Positions 17,816 through 25,900 of a stretch of 32,000 nt of DNA are shown one piece after another (position 1 is the first letter of the stretch; each line of letters starts with the position of its first letter). Made by a program: the position numbers and the translations under genes. The stretch comes from Horticoccus luteus (GTDB lineage: Bacteria > Verrucomicrobiota > Verrucomicrobiia > Opitutales > Opitutaceae): positions 2,820,001 to 2,852,000 of the forward strand of contig NZ_CP080507.1 in assembly GCF_019464535.1 (NCBI RefSeq), in the 5' to 3' direction. Under the pieces are notes generated by a model that was given only the letters and a program-made list of their open reading frames with translations, was not told the origin of the DNA and searched no databases.

Positions 17816-18964
17816 ATGTCCGTTTTCAACTTCTTCTTTTCGCTCCCCGTCTCGCTTCCCGCCCGGACTACTGCTGGTCCGCTGTGGCGAGCACCCACCA
17901 TGCTCGCTGTCGCCGCTGTCCTGTCCCTGCTCAGCCCTGTCCGCACCTTGGCGGTCGACGTCGCGAGCGCCCCCGTTGGCTATGTTAATATAACTCTTCT
18001 ACGCGCCTCCGACACCATCGTCGCGGTGCCGTTGGCCGCGGGGATTGCATACAGTGGCAGGATAACCTCCATCCTCCCGTCCGCCGGCGGTCAATTTATC
18101 GTAAAGGTTTCCGGCGCGCCCGCTTTTGCGTCCGACCAATTCAAGCAATTTTACTATTTGCGCATCGGCACCGGCGCACGCCACGGCGCCTATTTCACCA
18201 TCGTCGCCAACACCGCGGATACGCTCACTTTAGACAGTGAGGGCAATGACTATTCAGCCCTGGCCGTCGGCGACACGATCAAGATCCGGCGTTACTGGAC
18301 GCTGGGCACTCTTTTCCCGGTCGCTGAATCGAACACCCCGCTCAATCCGCTCGCCGCCTCGCCCGGCCCGCTCGGTCCGCAACGCCGCTCGCAGATCATC
18401 CTCTTCGATCACGGCTACGAAGGCATCAATCTGCCCGCGGCCGGTGTGTATTATTTTACCTCCGCCGGTTGGTATCAAGCGGTGACGGGCAACCCGCGGG
18501 CCGACGACATCGTGCTCCATCCCGACAGCAGCTTCATCATTCGTCAGCCGGCGGTGATTGCGCAGGATACCGTCTGGGCGGTCGCGGGTTCAGTCGTCGA
18601 AGAAGACGAGCGGATCCCCCTCTTCACCTCATCCTCCGGCCCTCAAGACAACGTCGTCGCCCTCAACCGCCCCTTCGACACCGCCCTGAGCGCCAGCGGA
18701 CTTGACGCCTCGTTCGTCGCCAGCGCTTCCACGTTTCCCAACGACCGGCGCGATCAACTTCTCGTCTTCGATAACACCGTGCGCGCTTTCAACAAGACGC
18801 CCGTCGCCACTTATTATCGGGTTGGCCGCGATTGGATCAAAGCGGCTCCCGGCAATCCCACCGCCAACGACACCGTGCTCAACGCCACGACCGGCCTCGT
18901 CATTCGCAAGTTTCGGGACGCGACCAGCGCCTCGACCGAATGGGTGAGCCCCCACGTCAACTGA
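17816..18964 (+). CDS. gene A: exported protein of unknown function with an internal ~55-aa duplication (resembles the PVC-restricted TIGR02597 family, from memory)
   Basis: ATG at 17816, with an alternative ATG at 17900 giving MLAVAAVLSLLSPVRTLA as the signal peptide. Motifs 'APVGYVNITL', 'FYYLRIGTG..G.YFTI..NT..TLTLD' and 'IRRYWTLGTLFP'. There are two repeats of RR.Q...FD....N....YY....W....GNP.A.D.VL.....IR. The ORF-track GTG at 17609 lies upstream of the promoter-like island. Confidence 0.75.
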   Translation: MSVFNFFFSLPVSLPARTTAGPLWRAPTMLAVAAVLSLLSPVRTLAVDVASAPVGYVNITLLRASDTIVAVPLAAGIAYSGRITSILPSAGGQFIVKVSGAPAFASDQFKQFYYLRIGTGARHGAYFTIVANTADTLTLDSEGNDYSALAVGDTIKIRRYWTLGTLFPVAESNTPLNPLAASPGPLGPQRRSQIILFDHGYEGINLPAAGVYYFTSAGWYQAVTGNPRADDIVLHPDSSFIIRQPAVIAQDTVWAVAGSVVEEDERIPLFTSSSGPQDNVVALNRPFDTALSASGLDASFVASASTFPNDRRDQLLVFDNTVRAFNKTPVATYYRVGRDWIKAAPGNPTANDTVLNATTGLVIRKFRDATSASTEWVSPHVN

Positions 18965-18981
18965 GCCCGCGCCATCCCACC

Positions 18982-19863
18982 GTGCCCCGCCGCCTCCTTC
19001 TCCCTCTGCTGCTTCTCGGCCTCGCGCTGCTGACCGGCGTTGCCCATGCGTTTCCCCCGGCGCCGTATTTCACCCTCTACGGCACCGTGCGCGACGAACA
19101 AGGCCAGCGCATCCACGCCGCCGGCGCCGTGGTGGTCTTCTATAAAGACGGCGTCGAAAAACTTCGGCAGAACATCATCGAAAGCGACCTGCTCGACCAA
19201 AATTATCAAATCCGCCTGCGCATGGATATGCAGCGCGGCGGCAGCGTGAGCTACAGCGATCTGGCCAACGCCACCGGCTCTTCCTTCAGCCTCGCAATCC
19301 TCCTTAACAACATCGCTTACACGCCGGTCGAAATGTCCGTCACGCGCACCGTCGGCCAGCCGGGTCAACGCGTCCGCCTCGATCTCACGCTCGGCGTCGA
19401 TTCCGACGGCGATGGCCTTCCCGACGCGTGGGAACAGAGTCAACTCTTCGCCGCCGGCATCCGGCCCGGGCCCAACGGTTGGGATCTCAGCCTCATCGAC
19501 CGCGATGGCGACTTCGATGGCGATGGCGTTTCCAACTGGGCCGAATACGTCGCGGGCACCTTTGCCACTGATCCCACCGACTATCTCGCGCTTCAAATCG
19601 TCGCCAAGGGCACCGCGAGCGTGCACCTCCAATTCTTCTCCATCTACGGCAAAGTCTATTCGCTCGAATCGTCCCCCGATTTGAAAACGTGGAGTCACGT
19701 TTCCCTCTACACGACCAACCCCGAGCCGGCCGTCACCGACACACCCGTCGCTCCCGTCGCTCAAGCCTCTTTCCAAGCCACCTCGACCGGCGTCGTCGAC
19801 CTCTACGCGGATTCCGCCGCCGATTCCGTCCACGCTCTCTTTTACCGGTTAAAAGTTCGATGA
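18982..19863 (+). CDS. gene B: exported protein with thrombospondin-type-3-like Ca2+-binding repeats and a C-terminal beta-sandwich-like domain
   Basis: The GTG start at 18982 (VPRRLLLPLLLLGLALLTGVAHA/FPP) is the only start that gives a signal peptide without overlapping gene A. 'DSDGDGLPDAWE' and 'DRDGDFDGDGVSNWAEYVAGTFATDPTD'. The C-terminal 'KVYSLESSPDLKTWSHV...LFYRLKV' pattern is common in PVC surface proteins. Confidence 0.75.
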   Translation: MPRRLLLPLLLLGLALLTGVAHAFPPAPYFTLYGTVRDEQGQRIHAAGAVVVFYKDGVEKLRQNIIESDLLDQNYQIRLRMDMQRGGSVSYSDLANATGSSFSLAILLNNIAYTPVEMSVTRTVGQPGQRVRLDLTLGVDSDGDGLPDAWEQSQLFAAGIRPGPNGWDLSLIDRDGDFDGDGVSNWAEYVAGTFATDPTDYLALQIVAKGTASVHLQFFSIYGKVYSLESSPDLKTWSHVSLYTTNPEPAVTDTPVAPVAQASFQATSTGVVDLYADSAADSVHALFYRLKVR

Positions 19864-21545
19864 ATCGCTCCGGCCCCCTCGCCCTCCTCATCGCTGCCGT
19901 CCTCCTCGGCGCCGCCACCCTCCATGCTCAATGGAAAACCGAGACCTACGTCCTGCAGGCCGGTTGGAATGGCATCTATCTTCACGGCGATGCCTCCTAC
20001 GCCACGCCCGCGGAACTCTTCGCCGCGTATCCCGCGGTGACCCAGGTCTGGCGCTGGAATCCCAACCCCGACCAAGTCCAGTTCTCAACGTCTCCCGCCG
20101 TGCCCGATGCCACCAGCAGCGAGTGGACGATCTGGAAGCGCGACGATCCCAGCGAGCAGCAGCTTAGCAAGATGGTCGGCCAGTCCTCGTATCTGATTTA
20201 TTGTGCCGGCGACGCCGGCACCACGACGACCGTCGCCATCACGCAAAAGCCGCAGCCGCCGGCCGCCACCTGGCTCATCACCGGCGCCAACTTCATGGGA
20301 TTCCCCGCCGATCCCGCCAGCGCCACCACGACGTTCGCCAATTACTTCGCCAGCTTTTCCACCGCGATCACCGCGCCGTCGAAGATCTACAAATACGTTG
20401 GCGGCGAACTCGGACTCGCCAATCCGATCGAGGTCACCGCGCTCGGCACCCAAAAGCTCGATCGCAACAGCGCCTACTGGTTCCAAGCTGCCACCGTCGG
20501 CAATTTCACCGGCCTCGTGGAATACGAGCTGCCCAGTAACGCCGGCCTCGCCTTCGGCCGCACCGGCATGGCGATCACTGTCGGCGTGATGAATCGCTCC
20601 AACACCGCCGTCACGCTCACCGTCTCCACCGCGCCTTCCGAACCCGCGCCCACCGGCCAGACCGGCATCACCGGCGCCGTCCCTCTCACCCGCCGCGTCA
20701 ACGATGGCACCGGCGCCTACACCGAGACGCCCCTCAGCGGCAGTTTCACCGTGACCATCCCCGCCAACGGCCGCCTCGACCTCTCCTTCGGCCTCGACCG
20801 CAGCCAGCTCACCGGCTCGTCCAACGCCCTCTACGCCTCGCTCCTGCGCATCAAAGATTCGGCGAATCTCACCGACGTTTATCTCCCCGTCACCGCGCAA
20901 ACCGCCACGCCCGCCGGCCTTTGGATTGGCGAAGTCAACGTGAAGTCTGTCGTGAGCACCGTCGCAGGCAGTCCCGGTGCCACCACCGCTCGCGCGTTTC
21001 CCCTCCGGCTCATCCTCCATGTGGATGGCAACGGCACCGCGCGCGTGCTCTCCCAAGCGTTCGTCGGCAACCTCGCCTCCGCCGGCCACGCCCCCGGCGT
21101 CTGCACCCACGAAGGCGGCCTCTGGGCCGACACCAAAGCCGACGCGCTCCGGCTCGTCTCAAGCCAGATGCCCCTCGACCGCGTCATCGCCGGCACTGGC
21201 GCCTTCGCGATCGGCCACACCCTCACCTACACGATCTCGCTGCCGTTCGACGACGTCACGAATCCCTTCGTGCACGAATACCATCCCGACCACGACAACC
21301 GCGATGCGCGCGGCCTGCCCCTCGCCGCCGGCGTCGAGAGCTACACCATTACGCGCACCGTCACGCTGAACTTCACCGCCGCGCCCCCCGATGGCAGCAC
21401 CGTCAACGGCTGGGGCACCACCGTTTACGGCGGCACTTACACCGAGACGATCACCGGCTTGAGCCGCCAGCCCCTCACCGTCAGCGGCGGCTTCGGCCTG
21501 CGCCGCGTCACCGAAGTCGCCGATCTCGACACCACCACTCAGTGA
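19860..21545 (+). CDS. gene C: exported 561-aa protein of unknown function with an NPFVHEYHPDHDN motif
   Basis: The ATG at 19860 overlaps the gene B stop (ATGA). Signal peptide MNRSGPLALLIAAVLLGAATLHA/QW. Thr/Ala/Gly-rich and beta-type in composition. I recognise no family. Confidence 0.8.
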   Translation: MNRSGPLALLIAAVLLGAATLHAQWKTETYVLQAGWNGIYLHGDASYATPAELFAAYPAVTQVWRWNPNPDQVQFSTSPAVPDATSSEWTIWKRDDPSEQQLSKMVGQSSYLIYCAGDAGTTTTVAITQKPQPPAATWLITGANFMGFPADPASATTTFANYFASFSTAITAPSKIYKYVGGELGLANPIEVTALGTQKLDRNSAYWFQAATVGNFTGLVEYELPSNAGLAFGRTGMAITVGVMNRSNTAVTLTVSTAPSEPAPTGQTGITGAVPLTRRVNDGTGAYTETPLSGSFTVTIPANGRLDLSFGLDRSQLTGSSNALYASLLRIKDSANLTDVYLPVTAQTATPAGLWIGEVNVKSVVSTVAGSPGATTARAFPLRLILHVDGNGTARVLSQAFVGNLASAGHAPGVCTHEGGLWADTKADALRLVSSQMPLDRVIAGTGAFAIGHTLTYTISLPFDDVTNPFVHEYHPDHDNRDARGLPLAAGVESYTITRTVTLNFTAAPPDGSTVNGWGTTVYGGTYTETITGLSRQPLTVSGGFGLRRVTEVADLDTTTQ

Positions 21546-21585
21546 AATCGCCGCAACGCATCCTTTCCCTCCCCCTTTCCCGCCC

Positions 21586-22947
21586 ATGAAAACATTCCTC
21601 GCCGCCCTCCTGCTCCTCGCCGGCACCCTCACCGCCTTCGCGCAGACATCCAGCGTCCCCACTCTCTTGTCCTATCAAGGCCACGTGACGGACGCCTCCG
21701 GCACGCCCATCGGCAACGCCAGTCCCGTCAACCGCACCGTCACCTTCAAGTTCTACTCCGTCAGCTCCGGCGGCACTCCTCTCTATGCCGAGACGCAGAC
21801 CGTCACCATTTCCGGCGGTGACTTCAGCGTGCTGATTGGCAACGGCACCGGCGTCTCCGGCCTGCGCGGTCCCAGCGCACCCGCCCTCACGCCGTTCACG
21901 GTTCTCTCCTCCATCTTCACCGGCAACGTTTACCTCGGCCTCACTGTGGACGACGGCACCGCCGCCGCCGATCCTGAGATCACCCCCCGCCAGCAAATCG
22001 TCTCCTCCGCCTACTCCTTCCGCGCGAAAGTCGCCGAGGCTCTCGCCGACGCGGCTCTCACGACGACCATGCTCGCCGACACCGCCGTCTCCACCAACAA
22101 GATCGGCGCCGCCCAGGTAACCACCGCCAAGATTGCCAACAACGCCGTCACCACCGCTCTCGTCGCCGACGGCAACATCACCAACGGCAAACTCGCCAGC
22201 GGCGCCGTCACCACCGCCAAAATCGCCGATGGCAACGTCACCACCGCGAAGATCGCCGATGGCAACGTCACCACGGAAAAACTCGCGGCCGGCGCGGTGA
22301 CCGGCGCCACGATTGCCGACGGCACCATCACCAGTGTCGATATCGCCGACGGCACCATCGCCGCGGTCGATCTCGCCGCCAACAGCGTTTCCACGCCTAA
22401 AATCGTCACCAACGCCGTCGACTATTCGAAACTCGAACCCGGCGTTCAACAAAGCCTCTGCCCCACGGGCACGATCGTGCCTTTCGCCGGTGACACCGCG
22501 CCCCCCGGCTGGGTGCTTTGCGACGGCACGGCGCTTAATCGCACTTCCTTCGCCAATCTTTTCGCCGTCATCGGCACTCGCTTCGGTTACACCGACGGCA
22601 CGAATTTCCGCGTGCCCGACTTCCGTGGCCGCTTCCTGCGCGGCCGCGATGGCGGCGCCGGTCGCGACCCGGATCGCAACTCCCGCGTTGCGATGAATGC
22701 CAACGGCAGCACCGGCGATCGCGTCGGCTCCGTGCAGGGCGACCAGCTCGCCGCCCACAACCACGGCTACAAAGACATTTATTATTCCGAGAGCGGCGGT
22801 AACAGCACGGCCTACAACAACAGCATCGGCTCCAACAAAACCGACTGGGATAACGAGGGCTACGAACTGAATCGCACGACCGACAACACCGGCGGCACGG
22901 AAACCCGTCCACAAAACGCCAGCGTGAATTATATCATCAAGGTCTGA
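21586..22947 (+). CDS. gene D: exported phage tail-collar domain protein (MdpB/COG4675-like) with a central decapeptide-repeat stalk
   Basis: Signal peptide MKTFLAALLLLAGTLTAFA/QT. N-domain 'LLSYQGHVTDASGTPI...VTFKFYS...GGTPLYAET'. About 13 repeats of T.KIADG.VT. C-terminal 'GTIVPFAGDTAPPGWVLCDGTALNRTSFANLFAVIGTRFG..DGTNFRVPDFRGRFLRG' plus 'LAAHNH' forms the tail-collar domain. Confidence 0.85.
   Translation: MKTFLAALLLLAGTLTAFAQTSSVPTLLSYQGHVTDASGTPIGNASPVNRTVTFKFYSVSSGGTPLYAETQTVTISGGDFSVLIGNGTGVSGLRGPSAPALTPFTVLSSIFTGNVYLGLTVDDGTAAADPEITPRQQIVSSAYSFRAKVAEALADAALTTTMLADTAVSTNKIGAAQVTTAKIANNAVTTALVADGNITNGKLASGAVTTAKIADGNVTTAKIADGNVTTEKLAAGAVTGATIADGTITSVDIADGTIAAVDLAANSVSTPKIVTNAVDYSKLEPGVQQSLCPTGTIVPFAGDTAPPGWVLCDGTALNRTSFANLFAVIGTRFGYTDGTNFRVPDFRGRFLRGRDGGAGRDPDRNSRVAMNANGSTGDRVGSVQGDQLAAHNHGYKDIYYSESGGNSTAYNNSIGSNKTDWDNEGYELNRTTDNTGGTETRPQNASVNYIIKV
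22060..22440 (+). repeat. 30-bp-periodic coding repeat (about 13 decapeptide units, consensus T-[AT]-K-I-A-D-G-N-V-T) inside gene D
   Basis: Units read from the translation: TTMLADTAVS, TNKIGAAQVT, TAKIANNAVT, TALVADGNIT, NGKLASGAVT, TAKIADGNVT, TAKIADGNVT, TEKLAAGAVT, GATIADGTIT, SVDIADGTIA, AVDLAANSVS, TPKIVTNAVD and YSKLEPGVQQ. Confidence 0.85.
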
Positions 22948-22994
22948 GCGCGCGTCGTCGTGCGAACCCAGAATCCGATCCCGTGCCTCGTCTC

Positions 22995-25900
22995 ATGAGC
23001 CCTGTCCGCCTCCTTCGTCCGCTCTTGCTCATGGGCGCGCTCGCGTCCGCGTCGTTCACCGCCCTGCACGCGCAATATGAACTGAAAAGCGAGGTCGCGA
23101 ACAAACTCAGCTATCGCCCCGGCGGCATTCCCACCGGCCCCTCCGGCACGCCGTCGGGCAATCCCACGATCACACCCCAGTTCGCCAACGCCGTCGAAAC
23201 CTCCGCCACCGCCGGCCCGGTTTCCGCCGCCGCCGCACTGACTTCGCGCTACCCTTCCTCGTCCGTCGCCGTGCTCCAACGCGCCAGCGTTGGCACCACC
23301 TTCGCCTCCGGCGTGCCGCGCTATTTCCTCGGCGACCGCATCACCGCGCCCGTCACCTACGTCAATTCCGTCGGCAGCACCATCACCGTGCCCGCCGACT
23401 TCTGGCGCGCCGAGCCCGTGCGCGCCGCCGAGATCGTCGTCAACCCCTCCGGCCAACCGCTCAAGGATGCCACCGGCATCGCGATCCCCAATACCGCCAA
23501 CGTCATCATCCCCGCGCTCGCCACCGGCGTTTACGAAAAATTCTATTACAGCCCCAACGCCAAACAGGTCTTCGCCAGTGAACCCGGCCAGGTCGAAATC
23601 TGGTGGCGCTCCCGTCTGCCCGACGCCTCCAACAATTACGTCCTCGTGCACGAGACGTTCTCCGTCTCCTCCGCCACCTCCAGCCCCGTCCGCACACTTT
23701 ACTGGACGGAGAAAACCTTCAACGGCCCCCGCGTCACCATTCCCAGCGGCCGCATCGTCACGGTGAATCCCGTTTTCACCAACGTCTTTCCCGCCACCGT
23801 CGCCACCGAATACGTTCCCGTCGGCAACTCCCCGCCCGCCGATCCCAACGCCCAGCCCGCCGCCGAACTGCGCACCGTCTGGTTCGACACCACCAACGGC
23901 AGCGGCTCCCTCCACGCCTACAACGTCTCCGGCCGCATCATGGTCGAATACCTCGGCGCCCTGCAGGACGATGGCTCACACGAATTCCTCGGCGCCGACA
24001 TCATCGCCGTCTCCCAATCCGCGCCCACTTCGACCCTCACCGTGAATCTCGGCGAGGAAATCCGCCCCAGCCCCGACGATCGTCTCCTCATTCCTCAACC
24101 CGTCAGCTCGACCACGGCCAACGCCATCAACTATTACGGCACCACCGTCCGTCCCGACGGCTCCGTCGCCTACTACGCCGAACACGAAAACTACATCGAA
24201 GACCAGGTCGTCTTCTACTGGCTTGAGCAACTCGACGCCGGCATCGCGCCCGCTTCTGGCCAGGCTCCCGGCCTCAAACTCGACTGGCCGAAATACCTGC
24301 ACAAATACCTGCAAGTCTGGCCCAGCGACGTCACCGCCTTTGCCCAATACACCGTCGCCCACGGCGGCAGCTCAGCCAGCTCCGGCACCGGCCTGAAATT
24401 CGAAGGCGGAAAAATCCCTTCCGTCATCTATCAAGACGACTTGGAGCAGGACGAAGTCTTGCTCGATCCCACGACCCAGCGCCTCCTCGTCAACCTCGCC
24501 GACTCCAGCGATCAACTCAGCCGCGTGCTGCTCAAATTCACCGGCGATAACGGCGGCGTCTGGTATGTCCGCCTCATGACGCAGGCCGACGACCGCACCG
24601 GCTACATCGAAGGCGATGCCACGCCCGCGGTCACCGGCTCCGCCTACGTCGGCGAACGCCTCGCCCCGCCGTCGTCCGAATACAGCGTCGCCGGCTACAT
24701 TTCCGCCGGCACCGCCTATTCTCCCAACGCCTACATCAATCCCTTCGCCGCTGGCGTCACCGCGGGCGAACAAGGCGCGATCATTCCCGTCAACGCCCTG
24801 CCCGGCGGCGCCACCACCCTCGAAGTCTGGTGGTTCAAGAAAGTCGCCGCGCCGTCCAGCGAGTTTTCCGATTTTTACACCACCGCGAAAATCGGCCGCT
24901 ACACCGTCAGCTACCGCACCGACAGCCCGACCATCGTCCTCGCCTCCAACAACGGCACCGGCGACCTCTCCCCTGCGCAGATCGCCGGCTCCCTCTACGT
25001 GCAGAACGACGTCAGCCTCCCCGGCTACAACCCCAACGAAGAGCACGCCCTCATGCTCAGCGGCCGCGCCTACGCCCTGCGCGACGACCTCAATCTCACG
25101 ACCGGCTCCAGCTACGCCACGTTCAGCTCCCTCCCGCGCGTCCTCATTCAATACACGGATCCCAACGACAGCCGCCCCGCGATGTCGGTCTACGAAGTCG
25201 TCCGCGAAGATGCGAACTACACCTTCAACTATCCCGTCACCGCCGGCACGATACTCAACTCGCCGATGCCGCTGCCCAGGTTGCCGCTGCCCGTCGATCC
25301 CGCCACCGGCCTCTCGCGCAACCTCGAGGTCACGCCCAATCCCGACGAGTTTCCGCCCGAAACGTTCGCCGCCGATGCGCCCGGCAGCTACGGCAAATTC
25401 ACCTTCAAGGATCGTAAGGGCTACGACTGGGTTTACCGCGGCCCCCACGGCAATCCCGACGAAGCCGGCCTCCCCTCTTCCTCCGGCCCGCTCGCCAATA
25501 CCGAGTTCAACGTCACCAAGGGCTTGTGGGTGAACAGCACCAACATCGGCTCCCTCACCGTCTCCGATGGCGCCTACAACGGCGTCGCGACCGGCTCTGG
25601 CGACGCCTACTTCTGGACTTCCGGCCTCCCGCCCTTCAACGGCAGCAGCGTCCCCACAATCAAGGTCCGCATGCGCGCGTCCGCCAACGCCGGCGTGCAG
25701 CTTTTCTGGGGCAACCAAAACGGCGGCTTCGGCGGCGGCCGGGTGGCCGGTTCCAATTACACCGGTTCCGGCGAATGGCAGGTGGTCACGTTCAACCTTT
25801 CCAGCTCCTCGGAGTGGACCGGCCAGACCATCAACGCTCTTCGTCTCGATCCTGTCGTCACCGCCGGCGTCACGTTTTCCATCGACTGGATCCGCTCCTC

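Noticed and set aside
22060-22440. Regular 30-bp periodicity, considered as a CRISPR-like or non-coding tandem array
   Set aside because: It lies in-frame inside gene D and encodes decapeptide repeats. There is no spacer/repeat alternation, no leader, and no cas genes.
21586-22947. Diversity-generating retroelement targeting the tail-collar gene
   Set aside because: The window contains no reverse transcriptase and no template-repeat copy of the 3' end of gene D.
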